Assembly: GCA_024137785.1 (NCBI GenBank)
Contig: JAHRHZ010000282.1
Span: 496,001-547,137, forward strand
Direction: 5' to 3'
Origin: Ginglymostoma cirratum
Taxonomy: Eukaryota
DNA length: 51,137 nucleotides
How positions within the stretch are numbered: position 1 is the first letter of the stretch; every line of letters begins with the position of its first letter. The notes beneath the pieces are model-generated. The model made no database searches, was not told the DNA's origin, and saw only the letters and a list, made by a program, of their open reading frames with translations. Made by a program: the position numbers and the translations under genes. Shown here piece by piece: positions 34,480 through 46,997 of the stretch.

Positions 34480-34875
34480 AAGATCGACACCATTCAGGAC
34501 AAAATATACCACATGATTGTCATCACACACAAGCTTCCATACCCCAACTGCCGATACTTAGGAGCAGCACTGTGCGCAATTTACCAAATGTACTGCAGAA
34601 ATTCACCAAAGATCCTTCGATAGCACCTTCCAATCACATAAACAGTTCTATTAAGAAGGTCAAAAGCAGCAGTTTCATGTACATCACGTTCCCCTCCGAG
34701 CCACGGACCATCCTTACTTGGGAACTTATTACGGTTCCATCAGAGTCGCCCAATAAAAATCCTGGAATTACAGTCTTAAGGGCATTGCGGGTCAACAACA
34801 GCACAGGGACTGCAACAGTTCAAGAAAACAACTGACTACCATCTTCTGAAGAGCACCTAGGGATGTCGAATGAGC
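34480..34875 (+). mobile_element. LINE 3' end (tail shared with SINEs)
   Basis: ttcccctccgagccac..atcctggaatt..ggactgcaacagttcaagaa..accatcttctgaagagcacctagggatg. The same tail occurs at 41480-41975 and 42690-42870. Confidence 0.7.
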
Positions 34876-34929
34876 TGGCTTCGAAACAATTACATTCTTT
34901 CTCAAATAAGGGGAACTAAAATTATCGCA

Positions 34930-35770
34930 ATTCTCCAGGTGTTGACTCTTAGTGTTTTACAATGGACAATTCAGATGTGTTGATCAATAGCAAATAGAAT
35001 TGAATTCAGACAGGTGTGAGGATATGTACTTGGGAAGGACAAACAGTCGAAGGAGTAAATGATATCCTGTGAGGATTGAGGATCATCAGGACCGTGGTGT
35101 GCCAGTCCCTTAATGTAGAAGGACTGGTAAATGAAGAGGGTAAGAACATATTAAGAACAAATGCCTTTATTATCCCTGGTATTTCGTTTAACAGCAAGGA
35201 TGTTATTCAGGAACTGCATAAAACATTGGTTAGGTCACAGCAAAATTGCTGTGCACATTTGTGGAATCACATTACAGGAGGGAAATAATCACACTGGAGG
35301 CGCTGCAGGAGAGATTAACCAGGCTGTTGCCTAGGCTGGAGAGTTTCATTTATGAAGAGAGATTGGATAGTGTTGGGCTGTTTGCTTTGGAGCAGTGGTG
35401 TTTGAACACGGTTCTGATTGTAATGACTAAAATAATAAAAGGGATCGATTGGGTAGTCAGGGAGGAACTTTTCTCCATGTTGGAGAACCAATGGCGAGAG
35501 ACATGTATTTCAGGTAAAGGGCAACAGATTTAGCGGGTATACGTGGAAAATATTTTCACCCATAGTGTGGTAGGCAAAGTAGAATTCACAGCCTCTAAGG
35601 GTAGACAAGGTGGAAAGAATAATAACATAATAAGAAGTACTCAGTTGTGACTTGCGTAACAAAGGCATGCAGGTGCTGGAAAGTGGGAATTAGAGTCGTT
35701 AGATTGTTATTTTGGCTGTCTTCGACGTAATAGGTCTAAGGTCCCTTTTCTGTGCTGTAGTAGTCCATTG
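34930..35770 (+). mobile_element. CR1 LINE 3' fragment
   Basis: LHKTLVRSQ..; LEALQERLTRLLPRLESFIYEERLDSVGLFALE (CR1 ORF2 C-terminus) and a 3' tail. Confidence 0.85.
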
Positions 35771-35914
35771 CTTTAACTTTTACTGACTCTAGAAACTCTT
35801 TACTACTCTACATATTCATGAAAACATTGTCCTGTAACTCACGTTGCAATGTTCACAGGACACCATTGTAAGGATCTTTGGGGAATGGTTTCATTGTGAG
35901 AGGCACTACAGGGA

Positions 35915-36340
35915 TATGCTTATTTTATATCTTATCGTTGTTTCACAATTGTATATTGGCACTTTTGTCATTTCCAAAGAGAATACAAGTTTATTCCTGC
36001 CCATAGCCTCCAAATCCAATTTTCTGTCAGAAAATGGCTAAGACCTCTTTTTACTATATAGCCTATTTCTTGAAGAATTCAAGCGCTTGCAAGTTCAGAA
36101 AAAAAGTGCCCACCCTCAATGGAGAACATTGGATCGTCAAGTCTGCAGCATTAATTCTGATAACCACGGTGGATAACCACAAGGGATCCCAACTAATGTA
36201 GAACCTTGGCAACGATGTTCATTGTTGTGCCTAAAGTCGATATCCATCACATTGAAATTGACTGTCTTTCTCGTTTGGTATGGTTTGGCCTGAATCCCAT
36301 GATACACATTAGAAAGACTTCTTTTTTCTCAGTATGTCAA
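35915..36340 (+). pseudogene. Decayed V relic with leader-like exon
   Basis: Leader-like MLILYLIVVSQLYI+G. CKFRKKVPTLNGEHW, then cattgg-atcgtcaa (HW[Y]RQ with a 1-nt loss), and QRCSLLCLKSISITLKLT..YTLER. RSS lost. Confidence 0.45.
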
Positions 36341-36923
36341 TTTCGCTATCGGCACATCCTGGCTATTTTACATTCAATTTTGATCGGGTCAAGAGACTTA
36401 GCCTGCACACCTTGTTAAGGGGGGGGGGTGCGGAAATAGCGATTGACCACATCAGCTACTGAAATGCTCCATCGAGTTATTCATTTCCAAACAGTGGATT
36501 TATCCAAAGTTGAATGACCGCTGACGTTTTAAACAATGTTGAGGAGAATCGAACTGTTAAGGAATAAAAAGGCCAAATGATTCCATGGTGTCTGTTGGGA
36601 CTCGTTCAGAAAACCAGAGAGCTACTTAGTTCTAACTAGGACTTGCATTCTACAAGGTAAGTGTTTCTCTGTTGAAAGAGGATTACATGTTCACACCCAA
36701 AAAAATGCTTATTATCGTATTTTGCGAATGATATGGAATAAATGGATGGATGGATGGAAGAATGGGTGGAAAATGGATTCAAGATGGGATGAATGGATAG
36801 ATGGAACGATGGGGAGAGAGCAGAAGAAAGAGGGATTGTGGTAAGTTGTACAAATATAACTGTACATTCTAGTTGACTGCTGTGAAGTTTACATTATTTC
36901 CCGAGGTCCCAGCCTTTCGCATT

Positions 36924-37562
36924 TGTTATGGACCAGACTAGACCCCCGCAAAATATTTTCAGAAAGTACGCTGCACCCTCACCTTTTCTTATTTTAAAGG
37001 CAAAGATAAAGTGTCTCAGATGCAATGCAACTGGTCAAACTATTCCACATTAAGCAACACAATTTATTTAAATACAAACAAAGAAACAGAAATTTAGAAT
37101 GAATTAACTCGGTTGAAAAACTTCACAGTATAATAGATGAAATAAGAATTCAAAAATTAACTGATCCAACATAGTATAATCTCATAAACACACCGCTTTG
37201 CAAAAAGGAAAATTCAGATACAGATTCTTACATGTAGTATTCCAATCCACGTGGAAACAACATCAAGATGAAATTCAGAGACTGTAACAGTCAAGAGACA
37301 TTCACCGAAACTTCCACCTCTTTTGAGACCGCAATACATTCTGCTTAAAGCTAACCCTATAAACTAAAAACAAATACTGGAACGCCTGGCCTGTGAGAAC
37401 TGGCCAAACCCAGACTGTTTCCATTTTGCCAATTTTAAAAACAACCCAAAGGCCTCACACATTGTTTACTTTCTTAGATAGAGTTTGCGGCCTCCGCCTC
37501 ACAACTTCTCTTCAGAAAAAAGGGACAAAATAATCTTTTGAAAGCTGCAGCGTGGTCTTACA
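36924..37562 (-). mobile_element. Solo Gypsy-type LTR
   Basis: TGTTA...TTACA termini; homologous to 17623-19400. TSD ambiguous. Confidence 0.7.
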
Positions 37563-38519
37563 TTACACCAACAGTTCAATTTCAAAATTACATCTGATAT
37601 GTAATTTGGAGTTAATTAATACTGAAGTGGATGAACCTAGGAGGATATCAACATTTGAGTTAAATTGTCGGACATGATTTAGGGGTTTTTTTTCAGATGG
37701 AGTTGTAATTGGTACATTTTGGTAGATTAATGGGGAGAAGCAATATGGCACTTTTGTAAAAAAAGTTGCACTTCTAACTAGGTTCATAATACCATTAAGT
37801 GCATGCGCACTAGTCTTTAGAGAGGACTGGGGTCGTTGAGATTGCTGATTAAAAATCATTTCTGGCTTTATTAAGTCTTGCAATGCGCAAAAGCAAAAAA
37901 GAAAAGTTATGCTGAACATTTCAGTATTGCTGATGAGAAGTATTGTGCTCAATTGCGAACACTAAACATTATTAATGAGGTCTGAGTGGGTGATTGATTA
38001 GAACAGTACCAGCGATCACTGACTATACCTTTGTGAGAAGCTAGGGCCAGCCAAATCTGTTCTCCAAAGATCAGTCAAGATTTACAGGCGATTTCATACA
38101 CGTTTTCAAAATCATCAATTGTTTTGAGGAATGTCGTTTCAGGAATGTGAGGTTTGTTTTGTGAATAGCAGAAAACAATTTCAAGTACTGGAGGCAAACT
38201 GACTTGTATTCGCATATTTAAAATGATTAGGAAATAAATTAAGTGAGGCAATCCCCTCTGAGGTGACAATTCGTGTAGTTTGGAATGTGCTGCCTGGAAG
38301 AGGAGTGGGAGCAGATGAAGTCAACATAGTCCACACAGGCAATAGGGCTGACCTGTTGTGAGAGACAGACTACTGGTGGCAGATAGCTGTGTGTGCCACT
38401 ATGACCAAGGCGAGGTTGAGAAGGAGCGTAGCTCATGGCAACCTCAGCTCGGGTAGGAACTAAATCACTTGTTAACATCAGCTTTTAATTGCCAGTCAGC
38501 CATTCAACCAAAGAGGTTT

Positions 38520-38760
38520 GGTAGTCCACCGGGAAATTCATCAACAGACATGTGGAAAAAGACCCCATTTACCAACCACTACGAAGCAGAACCTGAGGTG
38601 TGGTCAAGCACCACATTGGACTGAAACACATAAATAACAGTCAGAGCAAATACGCTTCATCGGAGGTACATTAATGATGTTACCTAGTACGGTGACGAAA
38701 CATCTGCAAACCAACATACCAGCTCAGCGACGAACTAAACAACCTCGGGAATTCACTCAG
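38520..38760 (+). mobile_element. Penelope 3'/pLTR fragment with decayed HHR
   Basis: cttcatcggagg..taatgatgttacctagtacggtgacgaaac..cagctcagcga, homologous to 19070-19165. Confidence 0.7.
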
Positions 38761-39194
38761 CCATCCAATCTACTGATAAACCAAAGGGTTCACATGCACA
38801 AAGTCTGGAAAGAGATTCGTTCACTCATCACACCTGGTGACACATCATCGAGTTCACACTGCTGACAGACTTTTTGCGTGGTTTGGTGTAAGTTAGAAAC
38901 TGCTGACAAGTAGCCAAGGCAACACTGATCAGGCATTTCATTCTACAGTGTCTACACATGGGAAAACTAAATCAGATCACGGGAAAACACAGAGTTATCT
39001 GGTATTCATCGGAAAAGAACATAAACCATGGTGATGAATCGAATAGATTAGATTCTTAAGAGCTGCGTGTACTGATAATTGTGAAAGTATGAGAAATAGC
39101 TGAATTAACAGCAGATACAACAGTTTCAAGAGTATGGCAACCTTACTGAGGAACAGAAACTGCGGGGACTAAGGGGATTTTTTTTAAAAGTAGA

Positions 39195-39525
39195 ATCCCC
39201 ATAGTGTGGAAGCGGGCCTTTCAGCTCAACAAGTCCATGAAAAGCCTTAGAATATCATCCAACCCAGAACTATCCCGGTAACCTTACATTGTTCCATCGC
39301 TAATGCACCCAACCGACACATGCCTGAGCATTATGGGTAATTTAGCATGATAAATACAGCTAACATGCACATCTTTGCACTTGGAAGAAAAGTGGGGCGC
39401 ATAGACAACGGTGGGGATGGAGGAGAAACTTGCAAACTCCAACACAAACAAACGCCTGAGCTGGGATTTGAACCCCGGCCTTTGTCTTTGCAAAGGCATA
39501 CTACTACCACTGAGCCACCCATGGG
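39195..39525 (-). mobile_element. HE1-like tRNA SINE
   Basis: Minus strand: gggtggctcagtggtagtagt (A box), ggggttcaaatccc (B box), V-SINE-type core and LINE-like tail. Confidence 0.8.
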
Positions 39526-41479
39526 GCCTTGTTAAACCCAGATTAAAGAATTTCCAGCTTTTACCCCTCACTTTCGACAAACAAAAATGAGCAGAGAAGG
39601 CGAAGAAGGACTGGGGCCAGAATGAAACACTCCACTGTCCAAAGATGAGAGAAAATTGATTTAAAGGGGTAATGGGAACTTGAGATACGAGACAGCAATT
39701 TCATAGTACCAGAGGTTTCAACAAGATGCTCACCTCATGTGACTCTAACCTGGTATGTTTCTGCTGTCTAATGGATAGGTATAAGTTATGATAAAGCATG
39801 AAAAATTTCATCAATTTATCATTCCCAACAAAGTTAGATTTTACCGTCTCCTCTCCTTTCGGCAGCTTAGAGAGAGACAATGAAAACACAACGCAAACCG
39901 CAAAAGCATCATTATTATCTCTGATAAGGGAAGATCCAATTGGTCCGTTACTCATTTTTTATTTCAATCTGAGTGCAGTGAGTTGGACTCCAGAAAAAAA
40001 TCGCTGCAAAGTATATATTTTCCTGTTGTAATAAAACTTAAATGCAGGACGTGTACTCTTCCAGATGATTCCTGAAATAGTGACACTAATATATATTCCA
40101 TGATTTAAGATCACATCCATGAAGACCACTGCTCAGATAATTCAGCATTCCTTCGTATTGCAAAGAATGAAATAGGTCTTATAATTCTACACACTGCACT
40201 GTTTATTAAGTAAAGTGATCCTGGTGAACTGACACACCAGTATCTTCAACTCCTTGCAGAACTTGTCCTGGCCCACCACACAAATAAAGAAGGTGTTGCA
40301 GGAACTAAGTGACTGGATCATGTTGATCGTCTCTTGAAGAAGTTACTGCCGGTTATTGAATCCCAGCTTGAGACGTACTCAACACCCGAAACAGTTCAGT
40401 ACAGGAATGGTGCAACGCACATGGCCGCACGGAGCAAAAAGTTGGAAGAGATGGCAAAGAACAGGACAATGGGCCTCTTGCGGTCTGAGTCTCCGCCATT
40501 TTCAGAAACCCGCAGCCTCTTACGGGCTTTGCACGCCGTTAAGGTATGTATCATATTCAAGACATTGAATAAACAGCAGAACGAGAAGGAATGGGAGAAA
40601 GGATGCGGTCAAGCCAGTCTCAAGTCTGCTGAGCGGGTGAGGTGTGGAAGGTCAGCTTGATATCACAAAACCAAGACACGATGTCCCGGATGTACAAAGG
40701 CTGGCAGATGAAATACAATGGGATTTCCTTCACACAGCTCAGATCACATATTACTCCAATAATCACTGAAGCAGTTTTCTCGATGCAGAATCTGGTTTTC
40801 AGCCTCTGGCAGATGAAAGATACAAAATTGTAAATGGTGAAGGCCAGACTGAGTATAGACCAGCGCAGCACTGAGGCAGCATTCGGGAGTTGTCGAGAAT
40901 ACACTGTAGCTAAAATAAATGCGTCCGATGTGGTTGAGGATGCACCCAGTGATGATGACACGGGTATGGCCACCAGTTAGTAGGTGACAGAGAGGGACAG
41001 GCCGAAATGTCTTTGGGATACGATTGCAATCGCCACAAAATTGGCTGTGAGAGATGAAAGGAGAACAATGTCTCCAAGTGGTCTCCAAATATGCGTTCCC
41101 ACCTGATACCGAATTTTACTTAAACTTTTCTGTCCAATCACATTTCCATCTCGAAACTCTGGTTGTTCCAATTGGCGATTATTCAGTTTCCAAAGTTCAG
41201 GTAACGTTTCTCAAAAGAAAAAAATATATAAGAACGCTTTCTTTCTCCACCATGAAAACCATGTCTAGGTCTCTCAGTCAATATCTGTGGCCAGATATCC
41301 AATTTAATTTAAATCCTCGTCGATTAACATCCCGTGTGTTACCACTGACCAGAAGCTGAACAGAACCAGATACATAAATGAAGCATTGCAAGAGCAAGTC
41401 AGCAGCTCAGACTGCTGCAGCACATAAATCACGTCTTGAATCCTCAAAGTCTGTTCACGATTTACGAGACTCAATTCGG

Positions 41480-41975
41480 GAATGTAATGAAATACTCACC
41501 AATTGAATCAATGTACGCAACTGCAACAACACTTAAGAAAATTGATACCATCCAGGACAAAGTAGCCCAATTTATTGTCACGACATCCAGAAACATCCAT
41601 TTCCATTGACGTTCGTTAGCAACACCATCTACAAGAGGCACTGCAGAAAATCACGAGATCCTCAGACAGCAACTTCAAACACACCAACACTTTCATTTAG
41701 AAGGACAAGGGAAGCAGACACCTGGGAACATCACCATGTGCGAATTCCCCTCTAGCCACTCACCATCCTGACCTGGGGATGTATTATTGCTCCTTCACTG
41801 TAATTGGGTCGATTTTCCTGGAAGTTCCTTCCTAATGCATTGTGGATCTACATACTGCAGATAGGCTGCTGTGGCTCAAGAAGGAAGCTCACAGCCACAT
41901 ACTCAAGGAACAAAGCGAGGTAGGCAATTAACTGCTGGCACAGCTAGGAAGGCTCAAATCCCACAAGAGATTTAA
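41480..41975 (+). mobile_element. LINE 3' end in the GPCR intron
   Basis: LKKIDTIQDKVAQFI-like ORF2 end plus the tail shared with 34480-34875. Confidence 0.75.
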
Positions 41976-42689
41976 AAAAGTTGCTGTTCAGCCAACCTTA
42001 CTTCCAATGATTTACGTTGTCTCCCATCAGGCATAATCGCAGTTTGGGTAATCTTATTTTTGGAAGTTTCAAATACATTCATAGCTCTGTCAATTCTACC
42101 CCGTTTACATTATGCAGCTTGCTCTGTTCTCAGGTGGCTGCAATTTGGATATTAATTCCTTCATCAGCTTTTAAAGCTGACCCGACCATCCCCACCCCCA
42201 ACAACGATCTCCAGAGGTCACTAAATCAACGTCCCCACCTGTCTCGGCTTCTTCAGGACGCTCTTCAATGATGTGCAGATGATATTTTTTATTCGTTTGG
42301 TTTGATCGTCCCTTATGTTATTCATCAACAGATTTGGATTTTAAAAATCCCGACCTTACACACTGGAATGGGCTGAGAAGCAATTCCAGACACACCTTCT
42401 CAAATGGAATTTAGTGATGAGCAGCAAATATTATGCTTGACTGTAACAGGAACGTTCTGTTATTTATAATTACATGTGATTCTCCTCAATGAAACTAAAT
42501 GCTCAAAATTTATCAGTACAAGACAAAACACATTAATCCACTTACCACTAATCATATCTTTCCGCAAATAATCAATTAAATCACGTCAAAAATGGAGATT
42601 GCCGAAAAGCAACGTGCTACATTGGAACTATTTCATCCTCTCCATGATTAGCACCACAGAGTCGTGTAATCAGTTAATGCATTATATGT

Positions 42690-42870
42690 TGCAATTCCTT
42701 CACTGTCAATGTGTAGAAATCCTGAAATTTCCTCCATAACTGCTCTGTGGATCTCATGGACTGCAACAGTTCAAGAAGGCAGCTCACCACCACCTTCTCA
42801 AGAAGCAGTTAGAGGTGGATAATTAACTGCTAGTCCAGCTAGCCAGCTCCGCATCCGACAGAGATTAAAA
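42690..42870 (+). mobile_element. LINE/SINE 3' tail fragment
   Basis: ggactgcaacagttcaagaaggcagctcaccaccaccttctcaag. Confidence 0.7.
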
Positions 42871-44099
42871 TGTTGCTGTTCGCACTTGACAACGTAATGA
42901 ATACACTGCAATAGTCTATTTTCTGATTCAATGATAATACCAGCTCAAGTTGCTGATTTACGATATAGGGAGTGATTATTATGCAGAGTTCTCAAGTACA
43001 GGCTAGTGCTTTTCCTCAAAAGCAGAATTGTGCCAAATCCTCAATAAAATATACAATTATGTTCACTTCACATCACACAGCGTACAATGCATATTTCATC
43101 AACCTACTAAAAGTACATTTTTATAAATGTACTGCAAAATATATTAAATCATATCCGTCAATTCACCGCATTGCGCTTACTTAATGCATGCTAATTAGAA
43201 TAGCACAGCACAATACAATACAATGAATGGGCTGATGTCCGTCTTCACTCATACAATGCTTATTATTATTATAAAGGTTTAGCCAATCTTGGAAGAACAA
43301 CACCACAATTTCCAACTAATTGCAAAAATGAGTCACTTACTTATTAGGAATATATTCCTTACCAGGAGCATCTATTACAGCTTGAATAGGATAGCAAATG
43401 GTATAGAAGAAGCTTTTCACTGGTCCGTGCATCATCTGTAAGAAGCTAAAACTGTATCCCTCATCTCGGTGGCATATTCAATGTATCCCTCATTTATTTC
43501 AAATGACAGTCTCCAGAGAAATAATCAAACTGCACAGTGCACCTCAGTTACAATTCAGTGAACTAACACATTAGTCCAACGTTTCATGCCATTCACTTTA
43601 ATCAACGGAAGGGTTGGTAGCTCAGTTTCAGTTGTCAGCTAACTGCTGGCTAGAAATTCCCCGCCTGTAAATCATAATTTTGCTTTTCATCAAGTGGGCT
43701 TGCTGATGTTACTGAGTGGAGTTTATATCTCTAATCTAAAGCTAACTCTGCCTATGTCTGCCACATTCTAAATAATTCCTTTCATTTGACTGTCAGATTT
43801 GTGAATGTAATTGGCAGAGCTTTACATTCTAATGCATTAACATTGCCTAAGAATTGTCAGAGATTCACGTTGAACTGCATGGAATTACTGTTGAAATAAG
43901 TGGAGGGTATTTGAGGTCGAACCATCACATGTTAATTCTGGGAAATGAGCAAACGTTTCAGTCTTCCTGGTAAACTAGAAACACAACAAAGGGCTCACAA
44001 ATGACAATGACTCCGAGTACCTGATGTCTCATGGCATTACATAATACGAGGGAAAGGAAAGCTTCTGATGATTATCATTCTTCACCCATTTAGCTGATG

Positions 44100-45370
44100 A
44101 ACTAGTGCGCTCCGTATTGAACATTACTTGGAGGATGCTCTGAGAATTTCAAAGGTACAGAAATCACTTTGCCTGGGGGAACTGCAACATCACACTATGA
44201 GTGGTTCGGCAGCCCTTCTAGTTATTGAACTAGTTAAATCCTAAAGGATTTATTTGTAAGGCAAGGTCTGCTGCAGATCGTGGGGAAACTAACAATAGGG
44301 AAAACATACTTGACCTTTACATCACAAATCGGCCTGCTGCAGAAACATCTGTACACAACAATACTGTCCATAGCAACGGCCGCACAATTCTTCTGGCAAT
44401 GAAGTTTCACCTTCACATTGAGAATTCCGTCCTTTATGTTCCGTAGCATTGTCGCTGTGCTGAATGGGACAGATTTCGAACTGATCCAGCAACACAAGAC
44501 TCGGCACCCGTAAGCCAAATTGGGCCATCAGCAGCAACAGAGCCCAACGCAATCTGTACTGTCATGGCACGGAACTTTTCCCACTCTCTCATATCACCAA
44601 GCAAAGGGATTATTCTTAATTAAAGGAAGAATGCAGGGGGCATGCACGGAGCAGCAGTAACACATAAAGTATGTTGCTATCCTGATGAAGTTACAAAACA
44701 GGGCTATTTGTATGCTCGACGGCAGAAGGAGCAAGTGATAGTCAGCGCTAAATGATCCCACTACCAAATAATCAGGCCTGCTACATCCAGTTGTAAACGG
44801 TGGTGGGCATTTTAAAAGTTCACTGGAGATTGAGACTCCACAAATATCCCTCGCCTCAACAAAAGGGGAGTCCAGCACGTCAGTCCAGAATATAAATTTG
44901 AAACTATCACTATAAACTACAGCCCTCCATCTCGCCTCCTCCAGTCGTCCTGAGCATCACAGATGCCTGTATTCAGTCATTTAGATACACTCCACATGAT
45001 ATCAAGAAATAGTTGGAGACACCGGACACTGGAAATGCTATGAGGCCTAAAACCATTCTGGTAATAGTCCTGGAGATATGTACTCCAGAATATTCCGTTG
45101 CCTTGGCCAAGCTTTTCCAGTACAATTACATAACAGTCATCTAACTGACAACATGAAAAATTTCCCAGCTTTGCCCTGCACACACAAAAAAAAATAAACA
45201 GGACAGATTCAACCTGGCCAATTACCACCACACCAGTCTACCCGTGACCATCAGTAAAGTGGTGGAAGGTACTATCAACAGTGCTATCAAGTAGCTCCTA
45301 CTCAGCAATAACTTGCTCATAGACTTCAAGTTTGAGTTCCGCCAGGGCATTACAGTTTCTGATCTAGTAA
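44100..45370 (+). mobile_element. Decayed LINE (APE endonuclease to RT start)
   Basis: LLQIVGKLTIGKTYLT (endonuclease), SNGRTILL (SDH-like), NAMRPKTILVIVLE.C.PE and NLANYHHTSL..ISKVVEG (NYRPISL-like). Confidence 0.75.
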
Positions 45371-45373
45371 GCT

Positions 45374-45466
45374 ATAACAAGGTGTAGAGCTGGATGAACA
45401 CAGCAGGCCAAGCAGCATCAGAGGAGCAGGAAAGCTGACGTTTCGGGCCTAGACCCTTCCTCAGAC
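45374..45466 (-). mobile_element. Penelope terminal fragment with HHR
   Basis: Near-identical to 30916-31006; CTGAGGAAGGGTCTAGGCCCGAAACGTC on minus. Confidence 0.85.
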
Positions 45467-46997
45467 AATGCGGCTGTGATGCATCTTGGATACTTTATCC
45501 ATTTTCTTTTGTGTGTCTCAGGTGTGGGAACAAACTATGCATCCGAAGCAACACAGAAAAGTTTAAAGTCGAATACTTCGACATCTAGTCGTGATTTGCA
45601 AACAAAAAATGGATTTTATCAAAATCGGCTAATAAATTCATAATCTTTTAATTATACGTTCAGAATTATCGTTAATTGTCTTTCCGATTATTGCCTGTGC
45701 CAGAATAATAATACAACGAACTCCGGATGCTGGAGACTTGAAACAAAACAAAAATTGCTGGTGAAAATCAATTGATTTGGCAGCAGCTGTGGGGACAAAG
45801 CAGAGTCATCGTTTCGAGTCTGTAACTGTTCATTACAACTGTCTATTTCAGTTGACATTCCATGAATATTAAAGTTACGTGTTGAAGTCAACTATTCAGT
45901 TCTTCTTTCATCCTTTCTGAATGATGGAACCTCCAATACTCCTACCTCTAATTCAGTGTGAGCAATAAGCAACAGACTTTCCGAAAATTTTCAATTCACA
46001 AGAATATATAGCACACATTATAAAAATTAAATGTAGTTTAAATTACTTAGTGTGATTCAAAACGAATAGATAACAACAATGATGTCCACAATACTTGCAA
46101 TGGAGGAATGACAGTTTCTCCTCATCATAATATAACTTTCACTGAAGAAAAGCAGTCATATACAATTTCAGTGACTGAAAATTGACGTACCTTACTTGGC
46201 CAAATCCACCACTATCCTTACCCCATTAAGAATATTCACAGAGAGAGAGTTGACAAATGACGATCACAACCTGTCGAATGTGTAGCGTAGTTAATGGTCT
46301 AGGGCACGAGGAAAACATAGTTTCTCTTTGCTTTGTTTAACATTGATCAAGATGTAAAGTTAAATATTGATGCAATAGTTCTTTTGTAGAGGAAAGGTGG
46401 AGCATGAAATTTAACATCAGATGCAGAATGTGTGCATACGGGATGGTGAGGGTGGTGGGGCGTGGTGAGTTCTCTGGAGCTGCTGACACGGTGAAAGACA
46501 TAAACTAAATTCTGAAGTTTATCAAGAGTGGCACAGGTTGTACGATCCAGACATGACATGAAATCGACATCACTGTTGAGGGCATAATAGGCGTTTCATC
46601 AGGCTGGTGTCAAAATGAATGACAATTTGAGCGGTTCAGGTAAATACATGCAATAGCCCTGAGTCGTGAATGAGGTAAATGTAGGAAGGGGGTGACAGAA
46701 GAATGTGATTGAGAAGGAAAGAGGAACGTGGAGAAAGAGATGTGTATGAAATGAAATGGCCTGGATCACTGGAAATCTGAAATAGCGATCACTATGCGTT
46801 AGCATTTCATCCTGAAAAAGACAACTTCTGGTAGTTTTATATTTCATAGTTTTAGCAACAACAGATGTCAAGTCTGGAGAATGGAGTGTTCATATCTGCA
46901 GTGGAGAAGCTTGAACGTACAAATGTTATTCAATTTTGAGAGAGAAACAGCCTAACACGCTGAGACACTCCGATGGAAGGAAAACAACGTAACAAAA

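Larger units (their letters stand above)
40187..43435 (-). pseudogene. GPR139-like GPCR pseudogene 2 (exon 1 43435-43363; exon 2 41044-40187)
   Basis: Exon 1 MMHGPVKSFFYTICYPIQAVIDAP+G|gtaagg (73 nt). Acceptor ctctcacag. ANFVAIAIVSQRHFGLSLSVTY*LVA..VIITGCILNHI..LAFTIYNFVSFICQRLKTRFCIEKTA..SLSSCNTFFICVVGQDKFCKELK. Splice sites intact but stops and frameshifts present. Confidence 0.9.

Noticed and set aside
39470-39525. tRNA gene
   Set aside because: A/B boxes belong to a SINE head; no cloverleaf.
46185-46250. GFGQ followed by a gtaagg donor on minus, J-like
   Set aside because: No FGxG motif or TxLxV end, and no upstream 12-RSS.
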